Source of the DNA: Girardia tigrina
Lineage: Eukaryota
Assembly (NCBI GenBank): GCA_001938485.1
Contig: MQRK01224520.1
Coordinates: forward strand, 19,783-83,782
Length of the DNA stretch: 64,000 nucleotides
Reading direction: 5' to 3'
Shown here: positions 26,850 through 41,287 of the stretch, one piece after another
Numbering within the stretch: the first letter of the stretch is position 1
Layout of the letters: each line of letters opens with the position of its first letter
Position numbers and translations under genes: made by a program
Notes under the pieces: model-generated
Database searches by the model: none
Told to the model about the DNA's origin: nothing
The model's input: only the letters and a program-made list of their open reading frames with translations

Positions 26850-28166
26850 GTAGATTCCTATGCTGAAAATTATAGTGGACAGATATAACCATTTGCAAAT
26901 TTTAGGAGTTTAGCTTCTGGAAATTAAGATAATAGTAGCTATTTATGTTTATATTCATGTTCACATGCATTTTCAAAATGGGAAGAGCCAAGGATTTGAC
27001 TCCACAACTGAGAGAAAGAGATTGGGGAATATGCTAATTTTTGCATGTATCATATGGTACTGTAACAAATGTTAAGAATGAAATACTTAAAATTTATAAT
27101 CTTAATACATGTATATAATTTAAACTTCTGTTTTCATATGTTTTATGTTACAGATGTACAAATATAGTGGATCTCGTAAAGAAAAGAAAAAACGTAAGGG
27201 TGTGATGAAGATTAATGGAAAGAGTGCAAGACAGTTAAATAAATTCATTCTTGACACCAAATGAACTGTTTGCTGAGCATATCAAAGCAGGAGGTAACCC
27301 TGTTTGCTCAAGAACAATCAGAAGATGTCTCAAGCGCTTGAAACTTAAAAGCTGTAAAACCCTTAAAAAACTTTGGTCACCTTATTTCATTTCCGAGAGA
27401 CGAGTCAAATGGGCAAGATTTCTGGCCAAACCATTGTCATTCTGGAGAATGAATTGGTTTTCTGATGAAATTCCATATCAGCCTGTTTCATAGTGGTAGA
27501 AATACATATCTTTAGAGCCCCTGGTGAGGAATATCTACCCCAAATTCTTAGTCCTCTGTAAAATTCAGTCAGTCTATTATGCTGTGAGGGTGCTTTATCC
27601 TCAAAGGGGTTGGGAGCTTATGTTTTCTTGAGCCTAAACAGAAGATGAATTCCGAGTGGTATTGTACTATTCTTGGGAAAGAAGTGATAGAAACTATGGA
27701 AGAACAGTTTGGTGGAGTTGAAAGGGGTAATTTTCAAGTTCAATTTTATATTTTCAAGGGCGCCTTGTCACAGATCTCGTCAAGTAAAAGAAAAATGCCA
27801 AGGACTGTCAATCAAGCTAATGGAATGGAAAATTCTAAAGTGCAATCCGATTTAATTTAATTTAAATTTAAAAGTGCACCAGAAAAGACCCACAACACTA
27901 AGAGAATTAAAAAATGTTATTCTCCGGATCTGGAATGATATATCAAGGATTTATTGCAAGCAGTAGGTGGACTCTATTGGAAGACGGCTGCAATCTGTTA
28001 TTCGTAATTATAGTTTTCCAACAAAATATTAAAACTGTTGCTTGTTTTCGTATTTACTGGTTAAATATTATTTGTAAGAATATTATTAAGCGCCTCTTAA
28101 CAATAAAATCTTTTATTTATACAAGGAAAAATTTATAATTATTTTAATTCAATGTCCAACCCTGTA
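26850..28166 (+). mobile_element. Tc1-like transposon, decayed
   Basis: MGRAKDLT, SRTIRRCLKRLKLKS, RVKWAR..W.MNWFSDE and GVGSLCFL..MNSEWYCTIL. Right end aatgtccaaccctg-TA. Left terminus not found. Confidence 0.82.
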
Positions 28167-30529
28167 TATAGAAGTATGATGTAACAGGAAATTAGATTAT
28201 TAAAATTATTAAAAAATAAAATTAAAAAATTAATTACACTTAAAATAAAAAAAAATAAAATTTGAATTTTGAAAAATGAGTTAAACTCAGTTTAGTTATC
28301 ACAATTCGTCATTTCGAATTGATATTATTGAGTCATATGACTCTTTGTTTCTGTCGGTGAGTTTGAATGTTTGATACCACCGTTAGTGAGGTCGACTGGC
28401 CAAAATTATTACGAGTGGGAATCAAGCAATCTAATAAGTGATTAAATCACTTTTTCATGTTGTTAAAAAATTTTCTCGAATGATTTGTTTTATCGATTTA
28501 AAATTGAATTTTGTTGATCATTTGATTTTCTTTACTCTAATTTATAATTCTCGGTTTTGAAAGTGTCAATTGTATAAATAAAAATTTTAGAATTTATGAT
28601 TGCACGATTCAATTGATTGTGCGATTGTGTTGCAATTTGAATTATAATTTTTTTGCATCGATTCGATTTCATGAATTTTTTATGTTAGTGATAAGGAGAA
28701 TTTTTAATTCGACTCGTTAATAAAAATAAAAGTTATGATTTATAAAACTATGAACGATTATTATATTGATTAAAGCTGATTTTTTATTGAACCTTTTGAT
28801 TGAGTTTGAAATAAAAACGTGATGAATTTTTTGAGAGACAACGGCCTGAAAAGTTTATTAATTAAAAATAATAAAATTCAATTCGGTCTTAATTGCTGAT
28901 TTAAAAGTTTATTCAGCTTGACTTAAATGATAGTCTCCTCGAAAAAAATGATATTAATACAATTGGCCCATCACACTGACACCGGGACCGAGCTTCAGTA
29001 TGATTCCTTGCGCCTCTCTGCTACCACCGACCGGTTTTCAGTGCAACCTGACGACCAGCCGGAATAGTGAGTCAATATATTCATAATCTTTCACCCTTTT
29101 CTTAATCTCAACGACAGAGTTTAAAATCCAAAAAAACTTACTTTCAAAAAGTTGATATACTCAGTAAAATAAGAACTGTAAAAGAAATAATAAACTAATT
29201 AAAATTTATGACGTAAATTTATAATAACAAGTTACTATAAAAGCATTGTTAAGTAATTACATATTTTTACAAATTAATTTTATTTTAAATATATTATTAG
29301 GTATTACTAATTAATTAGATTTTATATAAATAAAACAAATTAATTTTATTTGTAAAATATTTTATAAACACATTTTAAAAATAATAAAATTTAGTGTTGA
29401 ATTATGAACTTCGAATCTATTAATAATGAAAGTGACATAAACGCCACTAACATGGCGACTAACGATGTTTTGGACAACTTCACGAATCAGTTACTATATG
29501 AAAATTCAGTACAGGTGACAATGTGGAGACGTTCATAGAGGTATGTTAAACATTCTTCCAATTTTAAAATAACGGATGTCTAGAGATGCGTTGCGGGTTT
29601 CTTCGTGAGAATTATTCACTGATGAAAATTTCTAAATTTCAAATTTTATTATGAAAGGTCAGGTCATTTAAGATAGGTATTAATTACTTTGTGATATGAA
29701 TTGTTAAATCTTTTAGGGTCTTGAAATTAAGTTATATATGTTTTAAACTTATAATTAAACATTCTTACTTTATCCTTACTATAAACAATAAAAAATAAAA
29801 CAATTTAATTAATAAAATTTGCAGAGTAATCCCTTTATAACTGCCCTTTTGTTTTAGCTCAGTGCTCAGGGACTCAGGGATAAAATTCAAGCATAAATTT
29901 GTATATATATATATTATTAATATTATTAATAACAATATTTTTGTAAGTATTATTATGATTGAATTATTATATATATTACTATTGCTACTAATATTTTTTG
30001 TACTATTATTAATTACTTAAACTATTTTAATATCATTATTATTTTTATCATTATTAATATTATTATTATAATTATTATTATATTATTACTAATACAGTTA
30101 TTATTATATTTTTAAAAAAATAATTAATATTATTATTTATTTTTATTATTATTATTATTTTGTTATTATTTCATCATTATTATATAAATTATTATAATTA
30201 TTATTATAACGAAAAAATAACTTACTCAAAATTAAAAAAATTAAAAAATGAAATCATTTTGGTCTGACGACCAACTAGTGCCTTATTAGGTCGAAAGCCT
30301 GACAAGAGCACTTATCGCTCCGCTAATTGAGAGAAATTGACAATCTTGATCGATTGTCAAGATAAAAATAATAATATTTCTTTATTAATTAATATAATTT
30401 TAATTTTTTTATTTTTTATACCTTTTTCATTTGGGTATAAATACCCTAAAATAAATTTAAAAGCCCACACAAAAAAACAAATAAAAATAAGAGTTAACAC
30501 AGAATAAAAAGATTTTAAAATTTATAGGA

Positions 30530-31979
30530 TCCTCCATTTGATATACTTCGTTGTCATGAGGAAAGAAGATTCCTCAACACTCACACGAAGATACCATAAG
30601 TTACGGTCTGGCAAGACGAGCTTTTGGAGAAATGAAACGAAGGCTCGAGGATACTCTTGCTACACAAAGTGCAACACAAACTTCAGTCACTTCAACTCTC
30701 GCTGATCATGTTTTGCAGGCATTACCAAAAAAAACTACTTTATCAAGAGCACTAAGGAAATACAGACAAAAATGGAACGCCCACGGAGACACAGCTCTGC
30801 CTCAGATTTCAAACGATCGCAATTTTGAGATGCCAGAACGCTTTAATCATTTCGTTCAGTTTGATTCGGGTCTTGGTGTTGATCGTATTATTATACTTGG
30901 ATGTAACGAGCTCATCGACTTGGCGCGTGCGTCCGTGTGATTAGTAGATGGTACATTCAAGACGGTGCCAGACTTACTTTTCCAGCTTTACACTATTCAT
31001 TTTCAATTTGTCAAAGGCGTCAATCCAGCTACGTTATACTGTCTTTCACCAAATAAAATACATGCCACGTACGACCGATTACTCCAGGAAGTAGTGCATC
31101 TCATTCCGTGGGCAGCACCAAGAATTATTCTCACCAATTTTGAAATGGCAGCAATGGGTGCATTTCAAGAAATATTTCCTGATGCTCGATGCTCGTACTA
31201 CAGGCTGCTATTTCCATTTTGCCCAAAGAGTAATACGAGAGGTACATGAGGTTGGGCTGAAAGTGGAATATGAAAATAATAAAGATGTATGCATCGCTGT
31301 TCGTTGTCTTGCCGCCCTATCTCATGTACCAGTATAAGATGTTATAGAGGCCTTCTAACTGTTATCAGACTCGATGCCAGCAATTATTAATATTAACGAG
31401 GTGCTGACATACTTCGAGCACACTTACATCCGATGACGTCGCATGCGTGGTCGTGGAGAAAACTACAAACCTGCCTTATTTGCAATTGAAACTTGGAATC
31501 AAATGCAGACGATTTGCGATTGTGTGGCATGAACGAACAACATTTGCGAAGGATGGTATAACAGTCTGCAGTCGCTGCTACAATGAAGTCACCAAACAAT
31601 GTGGCGTTTCCTTGAGGGTCTGCTTATGGACTTCACGAAGCGGAAAATAAATTTTCTGCAAGGTGTTGCTGGAGCAAATTATCCAGCTGTGAAGTGATAC
31701 GGGATCATGTAAGAAAAAGTACAACGTGCTGTTGAGACATATGGTCAAACAGATGTATTGACATATTTGCGTGCTATTGCACATCTGTCATTTAGTTAAC
31801 CATAAAACTGTTATTCTATTAACTACAATATTTGCATTACATTAATATTTTGATTTGATTTTATCATTTATATGCGGTCTTAGTTTGGGAATACTTTCTG
31901 TTCAATATTAAATCTAGTAGGCCTGGCACCAGCCTTTATGTGGACCAAAACAAACAAATTCTTTGCTTTCATATATACA

Positions 31980-32024
<45 letters not shown>

Positions 32025-32092
32025 CTATGGTCAAACTCCCACTGTGGACAAACCACCTATGGTCAAACCCCCTGTGGTCAAAGCACCTAGAA
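30530..32092 (+). mobile_element. MULE/Mutator transposase pseudogene with tandem-repeat terminus
   Basis: VDGTFKTVPDLLFQLYTIH, ILTNFEMAAMGAFQEIFPDA, GCYFHFAQ, LTYFEHTYI and RTTFAKDG/CEGWYN. About 15-bp CCTATGGTCAAA-type repeats at 32021-32090. Confidence 0.88.
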
Positions 32093-33049
32093 GCAGTTTA
32101 AAGGCGATAAAAGAAAACTTTAATTTTTGAATACCCAACCAATCTTTGCAGAGCCGTAGAACTCAATCCAAATGTTATTCAACGAAACGGATTCCGAATA
32201 TGGATTGCTGACGACGTTCTCTCTTCTTAGAATGTCTGCTGATGATTCGCATATACAGAGGAACGTTTGTAGGTGATTTTTTAAAATTTTTTAATCATTA
32301 TTATTGTTTATTATTTTAATATTTTCTTTTCTGATTGGATAATGCACTCTAATGTCCGGATTTCGGCTTTGAGTATTTTTCGGTGATATATATATATTTC
32401 ACCGAAATGAATTGGTCTTCATGAACGAAAATATAACTAACTTGTTTATTGAATATGCCACGGTGGTAAATTCTTATGATTATTAATGCACGAGATATCT
32501 GTTGTTTTATTATCGGGTTGTATCGGATCTGTTTTCTTCCTATGATAATCGAGTAACTACAAAAATTAAATATCGGGGAAATCGTGAATCAATTATTGTG
32601 AATTAATACATGTTGAGGATCATGAATGAACGCACAGGAAGGTAAGCACTAAGGTACAACAATTGGAGGGTTACAGAATATTAAATAATTGGAATATGAA
32701 TTAAGTAAGGAACGCAACAGACAGAATTTGTTATTCAAATTTTTATTGACATAATTTGAACGAAAATTCTATTTATAACTTTTGGCTGTTTTTTTAAACT
32801 GCACGAATATATTTTTAATTGACGAAATTTTCAAAAAAATGTAAATGAATAAGTGATATTAATTAATATATGAATATAAATTAACTACTACTACTACTAC
32901 TACTACTACACATATATATATATATATATATATATATTAATTAACTAGAAGGATTTTGACTATCATAAAATTCTGAGATAGTTTAAATCAATTAATTAAT
33001 TATTTAAGATTTTAGTTGTTATGTAATAAATATTATTCTCAGTAATTCG

Positions 33050-34220
33050 TTTTATAACATGGAAAAAAGTATTATCAATTTCGAGTATCGATTGTGAAAA
33101 GCATTCAAACCTCCGACATCTCTAATTCAACATCTACAGGAAATTACTACACATAGAAAAGAAACGGAGTCAGCGATTTCAATAAAATCTATTTCAATAA
33201 AATCAAGAAAATGTTTAAAATCTTATGCTATAAATGAAATAAACATGAACTAATGGGATACTTTTTGACGCATTGTATCGAAGATGACAGTGTTAAAACT
33301 CAGATATACCTCCAGGAAGCAAAATCTCAGGAATCAATCCAAGCTATTAACAGAAGATGGATGGTTTTAAACTCGAATTTTAAGCAGTCAAAAAAGCCAA
33401 TATTCACAGACAGAAAGCATATTTTGAAAGAAAAACCGAATTTTGACATTTGTTTCAACAGTAACAGAATCGCTGAAAACTTTCGCAGACCCATGAATAT
33501 AAAAAACGGACAATTACATGAGTACAAAAAACTAGAAGAAAATTTAAATAAGATGTGCAGTGGCTGCAAGACATATTCGTAGAACATAACCAAAAAAATC
33601 AAAACTCTCTTACAGCTGTCAAAATTGGGACATATCCGGAGAGAATTCCCATATTTAAAATGATTCACATGTGTAGATCAAGGTAACCTCGAGTATCGAT
33701 GCTACAACAGAAAGAGGTACAGATGTGATCCGGCCATCTAAATAGAAATTAGTATAACCCCAAGAATTTAAGTATCGAAAGCTTGATGCTGGAGTAGACA
33801 AATTGGATGAACCACGATCGATGGAATATGAAGCACATAAGGTATCAAACTTTGAAGCTCCGCCAGGTCAGATGAATTGAGTTATATATTATTAAAATTA
33901 TTATTAAAAGTATCCTGAATATAAATTACTTTTAATCCTATTTATAATATTAGTCATAAATTTAATAATTTACTGCATCAAAACAATCTACATGTAGCTT
34001 AAATAGTTGCGTAATAAAATAAAATCAAAAAAGTGTATAGGTAATGTAACTCGAAATTTATATAGGAGAGATAAGATAATATAATTTATTTTGAATACAG
34101 AATGGAAAATAGTAGTAATGTAGTTAATGGAAGACAGAGGCGATAACAGGGGCGTTAAAAATGAATTGTTTATTGGATACTGGAGTCAGAATTAATGTAA
34201 TAGATGAAAAGGTTGTTAAA
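33050..34220 (+). mobile_element. LTR retrotransposon gag-protease remnant
   Basis: Degenerate zinc knuckle (..KLGHIRREFP) near 33610-33660 and the retropepsin motif LLDTGVRINVIDEKVVK at about 34170-34220. Confidence 0.6.
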
Positions 34221-37200
34221 CACCGGGGATTAACTTTTTAACTTTTTCTCTTTTAAATTAATTGGTATATTTTTAAAAGCTGACAATGTTATATTTATTT
34301 ATAAAGATGCATACCGTGAGATATTTTATTGCAAAAATGTCCCCCGTAAATATGTATTTATTTTTTTGTATTAATTTTTATAATTAATTTAAAAAGTAAG
34401 ACGTTTAATTACTTTTTAACATTTTTTTAGTGTGTCATACAAATAAACGTAAAAATAAATAAATCTAAAAATAAATAAGTATACATTGTTTGAATCCATC
34501 GAATGTTATTTATTTCTACAAGCACAAGATTGAATTATTGTCGTTAGCTGTCAATATAAAAGTGTTTAAATTAAGGTGATTTTTTGTGTTAACTGGATTT
34601 CATTTGAATTTTTCATGTGTCTTAAAAGTATTTCAAATTACTTCATATTCTAGAATGTCTAGAATAAGCTCCGAAATAGCTGAAAAACCTTAAAATATCA
34701 AAGCCTGGTAAAAAAATCTAGTCAACTTTGAGAAATCTAAATCAACAAGATCTCACATACCCAATGTTTTGCAGTCACTATATAATATAAATAAAATGCA
34801 AAAAGCATATTCTGTTTTTAGTCGGTTTAATTACTTATCAAATTTAGAAAAATCAGTTTATTCAAGATGTACAGTGATTGGCGCCGAATTATCTGATTTA
34901 TCGCTAAAACTCAGTTTACCAAAAATAAATGAAAGGTCTATAACAAAAAAGTAGAAATTCTTATTAAGAAATATCATTCTGTTCAAAAAGAAAAACAAAA
35001 TTTTGAAAAGTGGGATTATTTATTCGACATAACCAAAGTAAATGATAACTGACTTAGCAATGAAGGTAAGGAATTTTATTTCTTTCAAGTGAAAAATGAT
35101 GGTAAAGCTGGTTATTGCACACCAAAAACTGTTAAAGTACATCCTTCCAAGGCTGGCAGGAAGAGATCTATCATGGCTGAAACAGATACAGTAGAGGTCA
35201 TTGATGACAATAAAGAAGACAATGAACAAGATGATAGACAAGATCATTATTATAATCAGCCATATAAAACAGCAAAGATAAAGTATGAGAACACCCCCGT
35301 AGCTGTTAACTTAGTTCGAAAGTCAAAACTAAATATTAAGAGGTCAGCATAGGTTTGCAAAAATTTATCTGAATGTGGTATTAATGTGCAAACATAATCT
35401 GAATCTTGGGTTTATAGAACTACAATGTCAGAAGGTAAAAAAATGGAAAAACACATGATTAATCACTTTAAAATGATGATTGGGTGTTGCATTTTAACGG
35501 TAAAAGAATTTCCGGAAATAAATATCAAGTCTTGATTTTGAAAAATTCAGAAAAAAACTTGGGGATGGAAAAGCTAATAGTATTTATAGTGGAATAGTTG
35601 ATGTGTTAAAATGATATCTAATACTACAAATGTTAATACTCGGAGTAAAAATGGAGTTGTGAGCCAACTTTAAAGAGAATTTAAAAGAAAAAATCTTGAA
35701 CCATTTCAATTTATTGCTTGTCATCATCATGTGATAGACAGAATTTTGAAGCATAAAATGAATGAAATTTTAGATGAAGAAAAAATCTAATCACCAGAAA
35801 TACATTAAAAATTTATTGCAAACCTGCAAAAAATACTATGAAAATTTAAAATCAAGCTTTCAGCAAGGTGAAAAAAATTGTAAAGTGAAGACTAATAAAT
35901 GAAGGGGTGATATGGACTTTTTTGACTTGGTACAAAATTACCGATACATGAAGGTGAATGGTAGCCATCCAGCTGTAAACTTCAAAAGTCTATCATAATT
36001 GCACAATGCCAGATAGAATTCAAGACATGCCATTCTGATATGAAAATTAACTGAGTCGAATAATAATCAAATGCGTTTGATTTGTGACTTTATAGCTTCA
36101 ACGTGGTCTGATATATTGTTTTCTGACATGATATATATTGGGTTCTTGATCAAAAGACGTCATTAACAAAAAACTTTTTTTCTAATTTCTAATACAACTT
36201 TCATTATTCAAACAAATTTATGAGGAACAATATTTCAGTTACATAAACCAGATTTTAAAATTCTAAATATAAATAATAATATCGATATATATATATATAT
36301 GTTTTTTTTACTCAATTTTGCATAAATCATATTTTGTTTTTGCTTTATTAATTTTTACAATGTTTATTAATTGAAATATAAATTTAGATCTTTAAAAATA
36401 TTTTAATGGACGTCCTGTAAAAATTCAATTCCTAAATAATTTTTTCTTTACTTTTAAATCATTCAATTATAAATTATTTTTTAATAAGACTTTCCGTGGA
36501 CAATTAACTTCAATAAAAAATTAGGATTTTTATTTTAGAACTTGATTTTAAAATATTCAATAAATTATTTTTTTTAATGAAACTTTCCGTTGACAATTAA
36601 ATTCAATAAACATAATGATTTTTATTTTAAAAAGTGTTACAAGATATCAAAATTTTCTTTGCAATATTCTTTTACTCTGAAACTGTTATTTTAATTGTGA
36701 ATTTTTAAACCTATTTTTTATAAAAAGTTTTTCCAATTTTATTAGTAAAATATTATCATTACACTATAATTTTTTATAAAAATTTATTTTATTTTAATTA
36801 GTAGAACGTTACTTTTAATTTATCTCAAATATAAATATGAATTTTTAATTTAAAAATATCAAAAATTTACAGTTCACCAAAAAGAATCCCTAAAAATATA
36901 CTCTGAACATGATTTTCGAAATTTAGAACAAACAATAACTTCAACTTCAGCCATGAAGACCTTGAAAACATTTTGGACCCAGGAGCCAAGCAACATACAA
37001 GAAATTCAAAGATCCAATATTTGTGCTGAAAGAGCCATAAAAAGTTTGCTAGAAATTAATGCCAAAGACATTGACAAGATAAACGACAGATTTTATTTGC
37101 ACAATAAATTTTAAATTGTACAAACAATTGACCTTTTATTTTTACAAAGCTTTCAGTTCATTAAAACAAATATTTTTGTTAAAAATCATATAAATCGAAA

Positions 37201-37452
37201 AATTGACATAGAAATAGAAATGTATTTTTACAAGGCTTTCAGTTCATTAAAATGCAATTTCTATTTCTATGTCGATTTTTCGATTTATATGATTTTTAAC
37301 AAAAATATTTTTTTAATTAAGGGGACATTTTTGTTTCTTTTGTCAGTAAAACTTTTGCATTTTATAATCTCATGTAGAATGTCATATTTTGGCACTATAC
37401 CCAAGTATAATGAATTCAAATACAGTGTTTGCATCCACTATCCACTTGGAGT
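34221..37452 (+). mobile_element. hATm/hATw-like transposon, decayed (boundaries approximate)
   Basis: DWVLHFNGKRI, LGDGKANSIYSGIVDVL, NTTNVNTRSKNGVVSQL, FIACHHHVIDRILKH, *RGDMDF and HNAR*NSR. Inverted subterminal motif aaaaatgtcccc (34333) / ggggacattttt (37321). Confidence 0.7.
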
Positions 37453-39674
37453 GCCGTGGGTTTCTTTGTTGGTTAGTGTGCGATATTTGAACGTGCGTGT
37501 GTGTGGGTACAGTGTGTGTGTAGTTTGTATTGTCGTTATCGTTTGTATTCCATCTTTATTTGTCCATGGCTATATGTATTGTAATTATTTTTTTTATTTA
37601 TTATTCATTACTTACATTTTGTTTTTTATTATTTATATTTTGTTTTTTTATTTAACCACTATGCTTTTTTGATTAATTATATTTTATGAACTGATATTTA
37701 ATCATAATTCGCTTGACTATGAATATGTAGTCATATGCGAATTATAAATTGAAATTTGAAAAAAATAGATTAAATAATTTAATCGATAATTGAATTAAAA
37801 TTTCAGTTAATAATTGAGGCTATATATTCCTTTGGTTGACTATCAGTTGATCTGAGATTTTTTTCGGTATTTGACGTTAGCAATATTTATTTATTTTTCC
37901 TTTTGGTCAACAACCACAATTAAAGAAAATATTAAATATAAGTAATATTATTAATTCATCACGAAACAAAAATAACCTATCCTGATTCTTAATCATCTAA
38001 AGAAATAACTTCGAACATTTTATATCATATGCTGGTATTCGTATAAACCAGACATTATTCGACAATAAATTATTGGGGATCCAATAGTAATATTATTTCA
38101 AAAGAAAATTGGTAAAGTAATTTATTAATATTATTTTCCTGAACAGTGACCTTTTTTATCGTATTTGTGATCCATATTCAACGTCTTTTTTTCATGCTTC
38201 CGTTATAAATTGTTGTGTTTAATATATCACAAATATATATTCACATTGTATAAATTTTGTTTGTTTTCACATTTAATTATTTTTTCTGTATTTATTGGAT
38301 AAAGGAGGTTTATCTCATTAATAGTTATATTGTTTACATATACGGAATAAGCCTCTCTTATCTTCAATATATACAAGACCAAGTATAGTTGTAAAAAGTC
38401 AACCGCCTAATGTACACAATAGCATCAATGGTATGTGCGAAAAATAGAGGAATGGGGATGAGTTTGTTGGGTTTTTAACTTTAACATAAATATATACTTT
38501 TTAAAACATAAATCTTTAATCTTTAATCTGACTCCAATTAATCAATAAGGACTTCCAACATAAATAAATAAATAATAAACACTTTTTATTTTTATGAAAC
38601 TTTATTTTCAATAACACAAAATAGCACACAGCTTTATCTTGTTTAAATCAATAATATTAATAATCGTATTCAAAGATGGATAATCAATGCGAGTTTGTCA
38701 GATAACAGTTCATTAATATCAAAACTATAAATCTTCTAAACGAACGAAAACCGTTAAAATCTCAAAGTCAAATGAACTCTTATTCTCCTATACAGGATAC
38801 TAAGTTCAAAAAATTAACTTCAAGACAAAATTAAAAAAAAAATTTATTTAACAAAAATAAGTTTACTACACTCAAAATTTGAACACTGAATCTTCTTTAC
38901 TATTTTACAGCAGAATTGGTGTCAGAAATATTTTGCCCTGGAAATTCTCATCATTTCCAATATTATCCCAAGACAATGCATTCATCATCCTCTTCGGGTC
39001 TTTCAGGGTGGAACAATCTTCCACAATCAAAATTTATCGTAAAATAGTATCAATTACAATTTAAGCGTCGTTCTCACAAACGATTTTATTTTTTACTCAC
39101 CTGTCGAATTAATTTACAATTTGAAATCCGTATTCAAAATTTTTGATTTCGGCTTTAAGTGCAAGAAAACAAGATTCACTTTATCATAATCGTAATATCT
39201 GCCTTCCTTAAAAATTATTATCTGATACCGTAGCTACTTTTATGTCGAATATTTAGAATATCAAATTTTCGTTAAACTAAATTGTTGCACCACATGTACA
39301 ACTTGGTAATATTGATTATATTTTAAAATACTTAGTGACTTGAAAATAATAGTGACACAGATTATTACCTTTTTGATAAAATTATCTTAATACGAATAAT
39401 ATTGTCGATTCTCTGAAAAACATGACAAATTGTATTTTCAAGATTTAAGTGCTGCGGTGATTTTAGTACGGTTTTGTTTTCGTCATAATATGGATTCAAT
39501 ATTTTCCTATTGTCTCTATAATCCATGCTTTATATAAAAATATTAAAAACTAAACAATTAAATTAGAAAAAATATTTTTACACAATTTTCGTTTTCATAT
39601 TTAACCAAATCTGTTAGCTATAAAATCTTACTTTTTCTGTAGATTTCGACAGTATATGTAATTTGTTTAGCTAG

Positions 39675-40044
39675 TGTGAGGAATATTTTAAATTGTTTGA
39701 ATGTGTAAATGTAGTGATGCTGTATGTTGATTTAAGTATGTTGAATTTAGAATGGTGATTCTCCACCCAGATGGAAATCGGTATTTTTTTATTAAATTTA
39801 AAGTGATTGACTATTCGAATATAATTAAAATAATNNNNNNNNNNNNNNNNNNNNNNNNNNNNNNNNNNNNNNNNNNNNNNNNNNATTATTTTAATTATAT
39901 TCGAATAGTCAATCACTTTAAATTTAATAAAAAAATACCGATTTCCATCTGGGTGGAGAATCACCATTCTAAATTCAACATACTTAAATCAACATACAGC
40001 ATCCATACATTTACACATTCAAACAATTTAAAATATTCCTCACA
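39675..40044. repeat. 160-bp inverted repeat pair (TGTGAGG family) flanking a 50-N assembly gap
   Basis: 39675-39834 is the reverse complement of 39885-40044 apart from a small difference (catcacta vs catccata). Confidence 0.9.
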
Positions 40045-40689
40045 TTCATCCTAATATTCATTCCTAATATTCATCTCATTTGTGTTTATTGAGAAATTTT
40101 GTTTTATTTCAGTTTTCTTACAAACCGTACATTTTAAATTTTGGTGCAGGTTAACTGTCAAACAGTGTAAGTGTTTCTATCGGGTGATTTTTTACTTTTG
40201 TGGACATTGACATGAGCGATAAAATACAACCTGTAGGCTATTTTAAATTTTAGATTATTTATTTTAGACTATTTTGAATTTTGAACTTGATAAAGTCGTC
40301 CCTGATTACTGACCGATGTCATTTCTTCAGATAATGTGGTAATAAAGATTTTAAAAGTATTCCAAACATCATAAATTACTTTTCCATTTCGTACATTTGC
40401 ACTAAAAGTCCCAGTCATTTAAAAAATAAACGTTAAGGTGACAGACCTCCCTTAAAACATTCAAAATAATACATTAGTTTTAGTAAATAAGTTGTAAAAT
40501 TTCAAAATTTCCAATAGTAACCATCCTTTTTTATATTTAAACAAACGTGGCCTTTGTCGTAAGAAACTTTAAGTGAATAATCTATTCATCATTATGTACC
40601 TATTTCGTTCAACAGAAAAGGTAGTCAATAATTTAAAAGAAAATAAATATATAAATTACAAGTGTTTCATAAATAAAGAAAATATTTAC

Positions 40690-40844
40690 ATCGTCCTAAT
40701 ATATTATTGGGCTTCATATCTCGATGACAAATCCTTTTTCTTCGCATATATACTTCTGCTTCCAAAATTTGTGTTAACATGTCAATTCGATCAATGATAT
40801 TCAAATCTTCATGTTTGAGTAAAGTTTCCAAATTAAAATCCATC
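40690..40844 (-). CDS. PINK1: PINK1-like kinase, exon B (catalytic loop HRDMKPNNIL); absent from the ORF track
   Basis: tattag|G ATG GAT TTT ... GGA CGA T|gtaaat, 155 nt. Translates MDFNLETLLKHEDLNIIDRIDMLTQILEAEVYMRRKRICHRDMKPNNILGR. Phases match both neighbouring exons. Confidence 0.88.
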
Positions 40845-41287
40845 CTAATATTAATTAATAATAATTAATTAATAATAATTAATTACAAATGACTTGCATA
40901 TATGATTAATTTAGTCCGCAATGTCTTATCTCTGTTCAATTCAATATACTGTACATTATTTCAATTTGTTAACTCATTCTGTTAACGTTTTAAATAATTC
41001 TTATTCAATCTTTTTCAAATAATAAAAACTGATAAAAACAGAAATATGATTACTTTTAAAAATATAAATCCAATTCTAAAAAATTAACTTAAACTTTTAG
41101 GACGATATGAAAGAATACTTATAACATGAAAAATGTTAAAATACATATTTAACTAAATTTTCTTAAAACCCGAAAATGAGATTAAAGTATTAAAGGTATT
41201 AAAGATTATTAAAGATTAAAGGTATTGCTAAAAATTTTGAAATTAAATTATTTTTTAATAATGTAACTCTAAAAAAACCTTCACAAT

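Noticed and set aside
29440-29545. Possible LTR end with PBS (aca-TGGCGAC) and gag start; also a DTGTEL protease-like motif near 28978
   Set aside because: The motifs are too short and isolated to support a feature call.
30262-30303. Hammerhead-like CTGACGA...GGTCGAAAGC motif
   Set aside because: Stem II would need core nucleotides, and there is no proper stem III/UH site or stem I. At best a decayed relic.
37220-37672. 150-aa hydrophobic ORF, and similar F/I/L/K-rich ORFs such as 17141-17365 and 26580-26846
   Set aside because: Low-complexity translations of AT-rich or repeat DNA with no conserved motifs.
39671-40054. Two mirror-image 98-100 aa ORFs
   Set aside because: They arise from the palindrome and read through Ns. 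No protein motif is present.
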